Assembly: GCA_013239625.1 (NCBI GenBank)
Contig: MU053594.1
Location: 2,422,127 to 2,486,126 of the forward strand
DNA from: Lama guanicoe
Taxonomy: Eukaryota
DNA: 64,000 nt
Direction of reading: 5' to 3'
Numbering within the stretch: position 1 is the first letter of the stretch; each line of letters opens with the position of its first letter. The notes under the pieces were generated by a model that was not told the DNA's origin, made no database searches, and worked only from the letters and a program-made list of their open reading frames with translations. Shown here piece after piece: positions 13,308 to 27,005 of the stretch. A program made the translations under genes and the position numbers.

Positions 13308-16300
13308 AAAGGGCTGTGTGTTGGTGATAAAACTTTGCCCTGACAAAGTCTCTGTGGAGCCGGAATTAGGTTTAAGGAGAGTTTAGCTCAAACTTATCAC
13401 CCGGGAGGGAGCCATCACAACCCAACTGTGCAAATGCGTGTGAATGTTTCTCGTCCATCACATCCAGCTTAGTAGACAGAGAACCAGGATGTGTCAGACA
13501 TATCTGGGTTTAAACTGTAGCTTGTCACTGGGTGACCTGGGGCGAGGTCCTCCACTTCTCTCTGTCCCCTTCTCAGGCCAGGAGGGCTGCATTCCTCTGC
13601 TCCTTTCTTTCCCTTGGCATTTACAAGGGCCCTGTGAGGTTGGCGTGATGACGATTGATTATTGAGCAAACAAGCTAGGTCACTTAAGTGACTTGCCCAA
13701 AATCACTAGTCTAAGAAACCCAGAGAACAAGGTGTTCCACCAGCCTTGAGCCTCATGTCTTAGAAACCTCATCCAGCTCCCCTGGGACCCTCTGGAAGAA
13801 GTTCTGGGTCAGGGGTCCAGTTTGAGATCTTGAGCTCTTCCTTTGGCTTCTTTATCACTACGTTTTTCCAAACGGAATTCCTGTCCTCTGGTGATACTGA
13901 CTGGATGTTTGCATAGTGTATCTCTGAGAATCATCTCAGGTTTAAACTCTGCCATTTTATGAGAAGTTGGCTAATTATATGAGGCACCAGTTGTATGCAA
14001 CATGGAGCAGATAGGGGAGATTGACTATTTCAGGGAGTTGTAAAAATTCTCTAGACTGCTATTGCCAAAAAAAAAAAAAAGAGCTCTAAAATGGACTGCA
14101 GGGTGGTTCTACAGAGACATTTCGGGGGAGGGGAAGTCTGGCTTTATGAAGAGTTATTAAACAATAGTTTAGATTGGCTTGGGGTTTTGAGTTTGATCCA
14201 ATCAGTCTGAAAATCTAAAACCTGGCCAACCAGCCCACTGCTCTGAACCCCCAGTTAGTGAACACAATGTAGAGTTGGGTGAGAGGGTGAAGGTACCTCT
14301 GGTAAATTCAGGATCATTCTCTGAATTTCAAAAAGTGGAATGACCCCTTAGAGGTGGCAGACCTGTGGCTCAAAAAAAATTTTATTTTTCTCCAGGAACA
14401 GAAAGAAGAATTCACAGTGGCTGGAGGAAACGCTGTGGCTTTTGTGGCTGCAACCTTCGCACTGTTTTCTTCACATGGCCTTGCGCTCGTCCGCAGGAAT
14501 ATGGGGACTGCCAGGGAGGAAAAGGAGCCCCATGGTGGACTGCACTCAGCTGGGAGGAGCAGATTTCTGCAAATCAAGCTGTGGGGGTTCTGAGACCCCT
14601 TTTTAATCTTGCCCAGCTCCCATCTTGGGGAGAGGGAAGGAAGAGCCCCACTCCACTTGGGGAGGTGAGGGTGGAGAAAGGGAGGCAGGAAACGGTTGCA
14701 AGAGTCAGGCTGAGACATGGAGATGCAATGGTTTGATCGACAGGTTTGGAGACATCTGATTAGGTCTTGGGAGCTGGCTGACCTCTTAGCTTCAGCCCTC
14801 CAGCCCCTAGGTAGGTGCCAATCCCCCAGCTTCACAGGCTGTAAGGGAAGTGAGTAGAGGACCACCAAGCATCCTCAGAGTCTGCCTTGAAGAAAAGGTA
14901 ACCCAGTTCTGCCCTTTCCAGGACCGCAAGCTGCCAAACCCATCGAATCTCCCTTCGAGTGTCTGCCTCTTCTTCCTGGCTCGTGCGGTGTGCTGTTCTG
15001 TTTTCCGGAGGGAGTCAGGAGGCATCCCACAGCGGACATTTCTAGCATCCTCACGTTTATTCTCTTTCTTTTTAATCAGCACTTGAGACAAGTGTTTGGA
15101 AGAGAGCCCTTGCTTTTTCTTTCTCTGCCTCTCGTCCCTTCACTCTCATGCTCTTGCTCTCTCTCTCCTTCCATTAATTTCTCCTTTTCTTCTTCGTGAC
15201 TCCCTTTCCCCTTCCTTTTTTTGATGCACTGATTTTGGTCCCTACCTCTAACAGTCTTGCCTCCTTAACAGAACTGTGGGCTCCCTGAGGCCAGGGACCA
15301 CGGCCTGAACTTGCACCCAACGTGGCAGACGCCAGAACTTTCCTGAGACATTTGTCAGGGTGGTTCTCTGTGAGGCTGTGTCCTTCCTGGACTGTGACTG
15401 CTGCAGAGACCAAGGCATGAGTGCCACCTTTCCTCTCCAAGCCCTCTTGGGCTGCTTTCTTGGACTGGGGCGCCAGTGCCACTGGGGCAGCTTTTGTAGC
15501 TGATGGTGGCTTGTCCCCACCTTGGATGTCCTCCGCCAGTCCTGTCTTCAGCCCAGTGTCACATCCACAACTTCCTGTTTCTACTGTCTAGATTATTTTT
15601 CAGCAGCAGAAAAGGTGTTGGGTAGCAATTAGGCAAATCTAAAGTTCCCTGTTCTCTGCCTTTCTTTATTCCTCTGCTGGCAACAAAATCCTTAGTCGCT
15701 GGAAAAACTAAAAAATTTCTGAGCCATAAGTGTCTGGCTCAGGCTGTCTGAAAAATAACACAAACCAAATAAAAAATGAATTTGTCGACTCTCCTCGTAA
15801 GATTTCATTGCAGACAAACATATATCATTATCCAACTCGAAGGACAAACTCTTGGCTTTTCATTGTTACAGATTGTGACCCCAATGCAGAAATACATGAA
15901 AGTCAGAGGTCAAAAGCCTCCATGGAAGGGTTTGACTGAAACCTTAAAGTTCAACAGCTGATGCCAATGGTGCCCTTGCCAGGGACCAGGTTATCTGCTT
16001 CATGTGCATATTCACCCAGTCCCTCAAACAATCCCAGGGGGCAAGTATTATTTTTATGCCCATTTTGCAGGTGGGAAAACTGGGGCTTTGGGAAGGTGAA
16101 GTAGTTTAGCCAAACTAATGTATCTAGAGATTCAAAGCTGGGGTGACTCTGGTTGGTGCATACATTCTTAGTCCAGACATTGCACCACCTCCAAAAGGAA
16201 GTTCAGGGTCAAGTTTAGAACGTTTTCAGAAATCAGGCCCTGGAGTGAGGCAATCCAACCTAGGATGAATTCTCAGATGAATGAGTCATCCCAAGAGGAT

Positions 16301-19300
16301 GACTATGGTTACCTCTGTTGTATATGTTGGGGTCCCTTAGACTAGCCCTAAAAAGTATGCTCTTTACTTCCGGACATCATTCCGACAACTTGCGTAGCTG
16401 CCACCAGGGGAACAAGCATCTTGGTCCCCCGCTACTCAGAGTGTGGAGGAGAGGCCAGCCGTGCCAGCGTTGGCTGGGAGCCTGGTGGAAACGCGGGCAC
16501 AATCTCCACTCTCACGCGAGCCCCCGGTGGCCCATGTGCACGTGCAGTGAGATGGGTTCAGTCTTGGCTTGCGGCTGTGTTAACCTAAGCCGTTGGATTT
16601 TTCCCAAGCGCTGAAGGAAGAGCTAACTGATCCATAATTCAATCCATCCATTTTTCTAAAGGGACACAGCGTTTTATCATTTAGAAAATATTTAACCACC
16701 CATGATGGAACTGATAACGATGACCAGCTGGTAAGAAGCGACCATTTAAAAACATGTCTGTTAAACAGTGAAGTTCACCTGAGTCCAGATATCTGGCCCC
16801 CCACCCACTGAACACCAGTTGTTTTCATTCTAACACTTAGAGACCTTCCGAGTCACTCCACAGGATCAGGTCCTTGAAGATGGCTCAACAAAAGCATTTC
16901 GCCACCTGTGTGCACTTACTAGCGAGAACAATGATGGCAAGCACTCATTAGTCCTTCTACTTGGAGGCAATAGTGCGTTACTTCTATTTCTATTATTTTT
17001 TTGTTTGGTACTTTGATTTTTGCATCTTTTCTGATTTATTTTGTGGAAGAGATTTGCATATAGGACTGTGAGGTTTTGTCGACAGGGACGATCTTAATCA
17101 CCTTTCCATCTGCAGAGAGCCCGGGGTAGCGTTTTATATGCAGTAGTTGCACAGTAAATGTCTTTGGAATGTGGGACAGCCCAGCCAGCAACTCCAACCT
17201 CTCCCCAGGAACGCTTCTTAAAGGGGTCTTTTTATTTTTCTTTCATTAAAGATAAAAGTTTCATGGCATCACTTGAAACAAGGCAGTTTCCTTGTAGAGG
17301 CCATGATAATATCTGACCAAAAGTCTCTTAGTTTTTTCTTTCTTCTGTGCCCTGTCTTACCCCACAGCTTTCCAATTCAGCCTTTTGCTGTCAGTCAGAG
17401 AGGCCTTCATTCCGTTGCTGGGCAACGCTGAGTTGTTGTCCACGGGTGAAGAGTGTGTCAGTAGTGTGACCCTCGGGAGAATTCTGTTCTGGAAGCACCT
17501 AGGACCTCTCCCAGCCAAAGGAGGCTATAGGCTAGGAGATTAGACAGATTTAAGTTTGAATTACACTCCTCTGACTTACTGGCGTGGGCATATGACTCAA
17601 TCTTCCTGAATTTTAGTTTTCTCAGCTATAAAATGGGGCAACAATACCTACCCCCAATGGTTGGTTAATGGGGACCAAACAAGATAGTGGCAGGTAAGGT
17701 GGCCTAGCAGACACAAAACAACTGAGGACCTACATCTGCAGGGGTGACCAGCTGAAATCCGCAAAATCATGGCTTCCTCCGAAAGTGCAGAGAGAACAGA
17801 AAGACCAGATAGTCAGGGGAGTCTTTTCCAAAAGAGTGAATGTGACTCTTCTTGGATGTCTGTGCCACTGACGATGCTCTAATGATCTCCATTCTCTCCA
17901 AGACGGGATGGCTGCTTGTCTCAGTGTCTTAGAGAATTTGGAAAGGTCTTGTATGATCTGCCCATGCAGTGGGACCTGAATTCCTGACACCTGGCATGAG
18001 CTCTTTTTTTTTTTTTTTTAACATTGAAGTAGAATTGACCTGTAACACCATCAGTTCCAGGTGCACGAATAGTGATTCTCCATTTCTATACATTACAAAA
18101 TGATCACTACAATAAGTCTACTTACCGTCTGTCACCACGCAAAGTTATTACAATGTTATTGACCGTATTTCCCACACTGTACATTACAGCCCTGTGACTA
18201 GCATGAGCTCCTTTGATCAACACCAAAAGAACAGCATCCCGCAAGTTGTTCCCAGGATGAAACCAATTTTGAAGAGCTCTTCTGAATGAATAGGTGTTAC
18301 TCCCGTGATCTGTGTGCTTTGGTCACTGAATTGTAGCCCAGAGAGGTTAAGGCACTTGTCCAATATCACAGAGCAAGTAAGGGGTAGAACCGGGAATCAA
18401 ACCTAGGTCTGTCTGGCCCCAGAGCTCATAAGTCTGGGCTGTGTTGCTTTGTGTCTGGGAAGCTGGATTCCCAGCTCCTCCCTTCTTGCTGCAGGAAGAG
18501 GCACAGAAGCGAATGCTCCTTTCTCCCACTTGCAGGAGTGGGAGGGAACACCGAGGCCCAGGCTCCACATGGCTAACCAGATCGGAAGGCTCAGTTCTGT
18601 CCTGCCCAGGGGGCCTCCTCCAGCTCATCATCCAGTTCCTGCTGCCCCGCCAGGGAGAGGCTCTGTGCCAGCGTGGGGAGGCAAATCATCGGGAAAGGCC
18701 ATCCGAGCCCATTGTCGCTTTGATCCTTCCTGCGAAGTGCTGGTGACACAGAGAAAACCTCAGCCTCGTCGTCTTATGCACAAAGTTCTGCTGAGAGTGC
18801 TTAAAACTCTTGAAAGAGAACAGGACCACAGGGAGACTGTCCAGCAGTGGATCTGTGTCCAGCTCTGCTTACTCAGCCTGTGGCAGAGAGACCAGAGGCT
18901 CAGGCCACCCTGGCTCCTCAAAACCAGCTCAAGACTGGCTGGAGCCGGCGTGCTGAGCAGGGGTGGTCAGGAGGGGAGCTGGATCAGGAGCTCCAGGTCC
19001 TAACCTGCCACACCCATCTCTGCAGATCCTCAACCACTGCCACTGCCCTGAGCCCAGACTTCTGTTAAAGTCTAGATGGATGTACTGGCTTTATTTTTAT
19101 TTCAGGTGAAGGAAACATGCAAAGAGATTTCCTCAGGCAGGTGAGGTGTTCAGGCTGAGAAAGGAACGGGCTAGAACCATCTCACCTGCATGGGGCCCGC
19201 CACCTTCCATGACCCCCTAGATGGGCTGGGTTGGAAAGATGGAGCAGTTGGAGGCTCAGCGTGAAGGAGCAGGCTACTATAGAAGGAAGAAAAGTTTCTG

Positions 19301-20614
19301 TGGCTTCCTCAGGTCAGAAAGCACATAAAATGGAGACACAGAGCCCCACAGAAAGTAGGCGAGCGCTCCCACCTGCCTGGCTCAGTGCCTCAGTGGAGGT
19401 GGGAAAACTGCTCCCCAGAGAGAGCATGGCAGGAGGTCATGGGAACAAGTCTGACTACGTGTCGCAGCCACTGAAAGTCCCTTTGCAACATGAAGGAGCA
19501 AAAGGAGCTGCACAGGGAGATGGTCAAAGGATACAAGAATATCTACGTGATGTCAAGCCCATGATCCTCACAGACTGGGATTCTCTGATAATAATGGGGA
19601 ACATGAAGGAAGCTTACTATTGGCCAGGGTCCACGCTTTTAATGAATTCTTAAAAAATGTCCTGATGAGGTTTGAAGGGCTACCAAAGGTTGTTTTTTCT
19701 GTTTATCCCTTAAGGGGACCTAAATGATTAGACACACGTCCCCTCTGCCTCTTGCTACCCACTCGTCAGCACTTTCTCAGCAGCTGGTCGTTGACCTATA
19801 ACAGCTTTACGTGCAGTAAAGAGCTTCCCTCCAGAAAGACGATCGTGTCCTTGGACAATTCCCTTTGCCGCTCCAGACTCAGTTTCCCCACCTGTGGAAT
19901 GAGGGTTGGGTTGGTTGGATGAAACCACTAGTTCTCCACCCTGACTGTGCATTGGAATCATCTGGGGGAGTTTTTAAAACACACTAAGGCTTGTTTCATA
20001 GACACCCTCACACACCAACAACACATAAATGCGTGCATGTAAAAATGTGAACACGGCATCAGATCTGTGGTCCAGTTAACAGCATCGTACCAGTGCTACT
20101 TTCCTTATTGTGTGCTCTTGTGCTGTAGTGATTTACGACGTCAGTCTCCGTTGAGGGAAGTTGGGTGAGGGGCTCAGAGGACTCTTAGTGCTATTTTTGC
20201 AACTTCCTGTAATTTTAAAACACGGAATTCAAAGAAAATTACTATTGCCCAAATTCCACCCCAGAGATTGTGATTCGTTGGCCTGGGGCTTGGACACTGT
20301 GTTTTATAACCTCCCCAGGTGATTGTGACACACAGCCAGGGTCGAGAACTCCTCTGGGTCCCCTTCCAGCTCTAACATGTTATCAGCAAAATAAATCTCA
20401 ACCTTTCTTGAAACTACTTAAATGTTCAACTTGTGGGGGTAAATTTTTTTTAAGGTTATTACCTGCTGTGTAAAACTTCCTTTTATGTGTCTTAAAGTCA
20501 CCCCTTGTCTATGTGACTCAAGCTCTAGACGCCTTCGCTCTTAAGCTCTGTCAGCCTCTAACTGTATCTTGCAACTTCTTCTTTCTTTTTCTTTCTGTCT
20601 CTTCCTTCCTTTCT

Positions 20615-21452
20615 TTCTTTTTATTGATGTACAGTCGATTTGCAATGTTGTGTTAATTTCTGGTGTACAGCATAGTGATTCAGTTGTACAGATATATTCC
20701 TTTTCATATTCTTTTTCATTATAGGCTGTTACAAGATATTGAATATAATTCCCTGTGCTATACAGTTGGACCTTGTTGTCTATCTATTTTGTGTATAGTA
20801 GTTAGTAACTGCAAATCCTGGACTCTCACAACTTATCCCTCTCCACCCCCTTTCCCCGTTGGTAACCATCAGTTTGTTTTCTGTGTCTGTCATTCTGTTT
20901 CTATTTTGTAAATAAGTTCATTTGTGTCATTTTTTACAATTCCACATGTAAGTGATAACATATGGTGTTTTTCTTTCTCTTTCTGGCTTATTTGATTTAG
21001 TATAACATTCTACAGGTCCATCCATGTTGTTGCAAATGGCATTGTTTTATTCTTTTTTATGGCTGAGTAGTATTCCGTTGTATAAATATACCACATCTTC
21101 TTTATCCAGTCATCTGTCAATGGACATTTAGTTTGCTTCCTTGTCTTGGCTATTGTAAATAGTGCTGCTATGAATATTGGGGTGCATGTATCTTTTCAAA
21201 TTAGAGTTTCTTCCAGATATATGCCCAGGAGTGGGGTTGCTGGATCATATGGTAAGTCTATTTTTAGTTTTTTAAGGGATCTCCATACTGTTTTCCATAG
21301 TGGCTGATTCCATAGTGACCAAACTACATTCCCACCAACAGTGTAGGAGGGTTCCCTTTTCTCCACACCCTCTCCAGCATTTATGGTTTGTGGACTTTTG
21401 AACGATGGCCACTCTGACCAGCGGGAGATGATTCCCCATTGTAGTTTTGATT
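20615..21452 (-). mobile_element. 5'-truncated LINE-1 (3' end)
   Basis: ORF 21272..21514 (-) [42 protein letters not shown]1 3' UTR; T-rich tail near 20570-20620. Confidence 0.92.
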
Positions 21453-22303
21453 TGGAACTGCTGCTTCTGATTGATGCCCTTTTCTATGATTCTCGCCTGT
21501 GCCATGGCTGCCACTCACTGGCTGCAGATCATTTTCTGTTTGCCTTGGACCACGAGCCCCTGCATTAGATGCTGCCAGCTCAGCCCAGGTCTCAGCAGAT
21601 AGGGGTGAATTGGGCAGGTTTCCCTTTAAAGTCTCTTCACTTTATCCTCTGTACTTCCACCTGAAGCTCAATGGAGAACCAGACTTTCCTGAACCATTGG
21701 GCTTCACCAGCAGGAATTACAATGTAGGAGGGGAAAGATTCACACACACCAGTTCTTATTCTAGATCCCCTGTCCTCTGATGAGCCCTCTTACCAGAGAA
21801 CCCCTCCTTCTTTGCACAGCCACAGTGAAATTCTTACTCTTCCCATCTTTAGGGGGAGTGTCACCCACAAACTGGTCTCTTCTGTTCATCAGGGCAATCC
21901 TAGGACTTGAGTCACCCCCACAGAGCTCTTCTCAAAATCTGGCTTATTCAACCATGAATTACACAGTGCAGGAAGAGGGTGGGCTTCGGGAGGTCAACCC
22001 CAGGTGAGTTTTGACACTCCAGGGCTAGTCCTGACAGGAGAAAGGCAAGTATATCCTCCTTCCTCCTGATTACCCACGTGGCAGTGAATGGGTACACACA
22101 TGCCACACACTTTCCAAAGACCAACTGCTTGTTCTCTGTCCATAGTAAGCTAAATGGACACAGATTCTGGCCCTCCATGAGTCTGAAGCTTCATTTTTAT
22201 GCAGAGCTGTGTCCTCCCAGATTTGTTCATCCTTCAGCACCTACATCTTGCTTGGAGGCCAGTTGGAGCGTAGAAAACGGGCTCACTTTCCCTGCCTTTT
22301 AAA

Positions 22304-22456
22304 AAAATACTTAATTTATTTATTACTCAATTATTTTATTTTGGCGGGGTAGGGAGGTAATTAGGTTTAATATTATTTAGAGGAGGTACTGGGGCCTGAA
22401 CCCAGGACCTCATGCATGCTAAGCACCCACTCTACCACTGAGCGAGGCCCTCTCCC
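22304..22456 (-). mobile_element. tRNA-derived SINE, Vic-1-like
   Basis: Same family; flanked by direct repeat cact(t/a)tccctgccttttaaa at 22284-22303 and 22457-22476. Confidence 0.85.
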
Positions 22457-23685
22457 CACTATCCCTGCCTTTTAAAGCACAGAGCCACGTAGCCCTGGAC
22501 GTCCCCCCACCCCCTTGCCACACTAAAAATCTAGCCACTAGGGGTTTGAGATACCCCCGCCCTGCCCCCACCAGACCAAATCTCATTTCTTAGGCCAGGC
22601 ATCTACATCCCTTCATTTGTAAGAGGAAGGGAGGCAGGGTGAGGGTTAACTTTCCCCAGCAGCCCTGCCACGATGTGCAGCATCTTTGTAGGGTTTGAGG
22701 ATTTAGAGACGATGGCAAGTTTGTGTTTATTTTCGTCTATGATGTTCACAATTTTCATCGGCTTTGATTCTAACTCTTTTTGGCCTTCATCTTTCTAGAC
22801 TGAATAATGATTTGGAAAAACATTCTCTATCAAAAAACATCGCTGAGCTGCCGCCCCCCGCCCCATCCCCGCCCCTGGCTCCATCACTGCAAATACCCTT
22901 ATCTAGCTTTGCTCTCTCATGACCACCTGCAGTTTCAGGCCAGCTGCCAAATGGCATGGCTCTGGGCCATCGCTTCAGGTAATAGTTTCCAAATGTTTCC
23001 TACTTTAAACTTTTGTCTCTTATCTCTCTCAGGCTTTAAGGCTTGACCCCTAATGTGAATTTCTCTAGATTTTGAAAATCAGTCCGTGCCCATCCTCCCA
23101 GTCTTCAATTTTTAAAATCTGCATCCTTTTTTAAACTTGGGAGTGGGCTTTGAAGGCATGTAATCAGTCTTGCACACAGTAAGCACATAATGAGTATTCT
23201 GTTTTATTAATCTTTCTAACGGTTCCAGATAACAAAATTGTTCATTCGTTCTAACTTCCACTTATAATCACATTAAATGCCTCTGTGGTATGAGGAACTG
23301 GCTATTGGTGTACAGGTGCAGATCCACAAGTGACTTTTAAGGCAAAAGACCAAATGCCAAATAGATTGTAACTCCAGGTATACTGCATGGAAAGTCTACT
23401 GAGACTGTTGGGAGTTCTGCCTGTGGCATCAGATAACCCGACTGGAGAGCCCTTATCCTGACTTACAGGTCATATGACCTTGGGCAAGTTATTGCATCTC
23501 TCCCGGCCGCTGTTTTATCACTGAGAAAAATGAAAGCCATAATTGTATCTGTCCCGTGTGCTTGTGTGAGGATTACATGAGATAGTGTCCACTGGCCTGG
23601 CCTGCAGAAAGAGTTCAGTCTGCGTGAGCTACCATTATTGTCCTTCTAGGTTACTATTTGTGAACAATCCAGACATTGAATATCA

Positions 23686-23880
23686 GTGTTTCTCAAGTGT
23701 GGCTGGAGGACCATTTACAGCAGAGTCAACTTAGGCACATTTAAAGTGACTGGAGCCTGGGCCCGACCACAGACTTACTGATGGCACTTTCTCACACTGA
23801 TGCATGAGCACCTGAATTTTATCCAAATTCCCAGACGTAGGCTGATGAGAAGCATTTGAGATTGTCTCAGTGTTGCTGCT
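23686..23880. mobile_element. MER5-like hAT DNA transposon relic
   Basis: cagtgtttctcaagtgtgg...cagagtcaac...tttgag ends typical of MER5. Confidence 0.55.
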
Positions 23881-24125
23881 GGGCTCGTGAGCCACGTGGC
23901 GTGAGCTGTAATGGTGAAGAGACTGGGTGGGCTGTGTCCACCGACTTTGCAACGTACCAGGCGATCTGTGGCCCAAATGTCTGCAATGTTTCTTAAAGAC
24001 CATTTGAAGGTGAAGTTAGTCATTGTAATGCACAGTAGCTCCTGTCTCACATTTTGAAATGAGTCTTTTCTTTTCATGCTAGACTTAGGAAAATACTAAG
24101 GGGCTTGTGAAGAAAGAACAAAAGA

Positions 24126-24295
24126 GGGGAGGCTATAGCTCAAGTGGTAGAGTGCATACTTAGCATGCTTGAGGTCCTGGGTTCAATACCCAGTACCTCC
24201 TCTAAAAAGAAATAAAAACCTAATTACCTCCCCCCACCAAGATAAAATAAAATAAAATGATACAATAGTAAATGAATAAAATATTAAAAAAAAAA
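24126..24295 (+). mobile_element. tRNA-derived SINE, Vic-1-like
   Basis: ggggaggctatagctcaagtggtagagtgcatacttagcatgcttgaggtcctgggttcaataccc followed by cctaattacctcccc and an A-rich tail. Confidence 0.88.
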
Positions 24296-25609
24296 GAAGA
24301 ACAAGAAACTGGGAGGTGGGATGTGATCTCTGGGAGAGCTGCAAGATCACTGACTCAGAAGGCAGAGGATAGAAGTGGGGCACGAAAATAAAAAAAAGCA
24401 TGACATCCAGGAAAGAGAGATTTTGGTGCCAAACGCTGGACATCTGTGAGTATTCTGCTCTTTGCCCCTTTGGGACAGTGGCTGGGGGTGGGGTGGAGTG
24501 TGTGCAGAGGCTTTGGGTTGGGTGAACAGACACTAGTTGACAACGGGCCAGTTCGGTTTGGTTCTAAACTATTACAAATTTAGTTTTATTGGCATCCTAG
24601 AAAGGCAGGAATTGTTCTGGTGCCCTGGCACATCTGTCCCAGGAGGCAGGTACCAGCTTGTCCTTGTTTGCCCGAGCCTTAGTGGAGTCTCCAGGGAGGC
24701 GACAGTCGGTCGGTGTCCTTTGAAAACAAATCTGTCTCCTGGTAGAAAGAGGCCCACGGAGGTGGTGGTTGGTCAGCTTCTTCCCCTTGGCTCCCAAAGT
24801 GGGGGACGCTGGCCGCTCTTGTGCGTGGCCGCTTGATATCCTGTGGACAGTCCGACCCATCTGGGGAGCTCTGACTACTTGTGATGGGGACACAGCTTTG
24901 TGTGTGCTGGGAAGCTGGGGTTTAGTGGAGGCTAAGACTCAGGTTCCTGAGCAGTCTTTCACAAGTGGGAACTCCAACTTTTCGTCAGGGGAGAGTAGGA
25001 AGCACCACTTTGGTGTTTTTCAGACCCAAGCTCAGGAACTTACTGGCTGGGTGACATGGGGCTGGTGACTTAACTTCTCTGAGCGTCCAACTCCCCATTT
25101 TGCTATCAATGTTGTTGTGAAGATTGAATGAGATGCTGTGTAAGAAAACCCGCAGACAATTCTGGCACATGGGAAGGGCTCAGAGAATGGTAGCTGGGCC
25201 AGTGCCCATGGTACCAGGATTGCTGCTATTGCGCTGAACCTTAGGTCGTAGAAAATGTCCCCCAGACGTCACTGCAGGGATGAAGTCCTGTACCTTAATG
25301 TCCTTAGCAAACAGCATTTAACAGTATAGCCTAGCAGAGATAGCTTAAGTAACTCCTCACCACCTTGAAAGACAGTTGGCCTTATTCAAATAAATTGATC
25401 AGAGGAAGTAAATATTGAACTCAGTTGTAAACAGCATGGTCAGTCCTATAAATCAGTCTGTAAACATAAGTGATGCCTACTGAGGGACCTAAAGCAGAAA
25501 TTCAGAAAGAAAAAGTAGCAAATAATTCGAAGCCTTTTGTTGCATCAGCTGCATGGGAGCTCTCAAGAGAAAGAAGATGAAGTATTGGCCCCCAAATTTT
25601 ACAAAACAG

Positions 25610-25793
25610 TAATTTTGGTCATTTCTTGTTTTTAATTCATCTTTGTTGTTGTTGTGTTTGTTTTTTTGTGTGTGTGTGTGTGGGGGGGAGGTAATTAGGT
25701 CTATTTATTTTTAGAGGAGATACCAGGGATTGAACCTAGGACCTCATGCATGCTAAGCATGCACTCTGCCACTTGAGCTATACCCTCCCCCCC
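25610..25793 (-). mobile_element. tRNA-derived SINE, Vic-1-like
   Basis: Same family; target-site duplication ttacaaaacag at 25599-25609 and 25794-25804. Confidence 0.85.
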
Positions 25794-25917
25794 TTACAAA
25801 ACAGGATTTCAGAAATGAAAAGACTTATCTACAGGTTAACATTGCTGTGGAAAAGATGTACTTTTTGGTCAAATGAACCTTTCATGGACTACTGTTAGAG
25901 ATGAGAAACTCATGATT

Positions 25918-26069
25918 TTCTTTGTTCGTTTTAAATTTTTTTAGAGGGAGGAATAATTAGGTTTATGTATTTATTTATTTATTTATTTAATGGAGGTACT
26001 GGGGATTGAACCCAGGACCTGGTGCACGCTAAGCACACACTCTACCACTGAGCTATACCCTCCCCCACC
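25918..26069 (-). mobile_element. tRNA-derived SINE, Vic-1-like
   Basis: Same family; imperfect target-site duplication gagaaactcatgatt / gaaaaactcacgatt. Confidence 0.85.
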
Positions 26070-26353
26070 GAAAAACTCACGATTCATAAATATCTTTCTC
26101 TGATGTTGCTCTAAGATGTTAGAGGGGAGGCTGACTTTCCCTCCTTGACAGTTAGAGCTGTGTCTGCCTTCCAGCCCCACAGGAGCCAAGGCACCTCACC
26201 ACGTTAAGACGGTTTCCAATTCATTAACTAGTGAGAGTAAATACCAAAGTCTAATTCGTGATTTCCGGAATTAGTTGACATGATTCAAAGCAATCGGGAA
26301 AAGACTATTGGAAAATTAGAAAAGAAAAGCCAACTTTAAATAATACAAAATTA

Positions 26354-26359
26354 TTTATT
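26354..26359 (-). terminator. Candidate polyadenylation signal of POU2AF3 (AATAAA)
   Basis: tttatt on the plus strand, about 275 nt downstream of the stop codon, followed on the minus strand by U-rich sequence. Confidence 0.65.
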
Positions 26360-26633
26360 GGTTTAAAAAAAAACTGGAATTTGTTCGTTACACAGAAAAC
26401 TATTGAACGTTCCCTATAAAACCTTTAACGGTAACATACATAGGAGAAGTGGCACTATGACTGCGTGTGAGGACGTCATACTAATGTCTAAATTAGTGTC
26501 AGAACATCGAACATGGTGACCTGTAAACTGTGCCTGTGACATCTGGTTAGTAGGTTGCGTAGATCAAGTCGCCATCTCGAGGTGGTAAAAAAAAGATGCA
26601 AGTTCGCCATGTCCCAAGTTAATGTAATTTCTA

Positions 26634-27005
26634 TTAACTATAGCAGATGTCCCAGTTGGCTCCCCTCTGATAGAAATCACTGGTGGCTGCTGCTGAGGGA
26701 GCGAAGTTCCCATAGTCTGTGCTGGGGTGGGAAAAATACTCTGAAACTCTGAAGGGGTCCAAGTGCTCTGCCTCACAGGAAGCACAGCAGCAGACGGAGG
26801 CGGTGGCAGAGGAGAAGGGGTCGCACTGAGTGTGCGAGGGCAGGTGAGGGTAGGAGCAGTCTTCTGAGGAATAGCCACAGTTCCTGGTGTCCAGAGAAGG
26901 GGGAGAGTTGTAATTCTCCGGAGCATATGAAGGGAGCTGAGCAGGAGAGTAACTGTAGTCTAAGGATCCAGAGAGTGTGGAGGAATCCGAAGACGATCCT
27001 GGGGT
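26634..27005 (-). CDS. POU2AF3: POU2AF3 exon 5 (last coding exon)
   Basis: ttttcatctctctag|ACCCCAGGA...TATAGTTAA; 123 codons plus TAA; TPGSSSDSSTLSGSLDYSYSPAQLPSYAPENY...CCCASCEAEHLD...NWDICYS*. Confidence 0.95.
   Translation of the reverse strand, partial: TPGSSSDSSTLSGSLDYSYSPAQLPSYAPENYNSPPSLDTRNCGYSSEDCSYPHLPSHTQCDPFSSATASVCCCASCEAEHLDPFRVSEYFSHPSTDYGNFAPSAAATSDFYQRGANWDICYS

Noticed and set aside
24126..24200. tRNA-Ala-like sequence (and four similar copies)
   Set aside because: Each continues into a shared non-tRNA body and A-rich tail, mostly with target-site duplications, so these are SINEs rather than tRNA genes.
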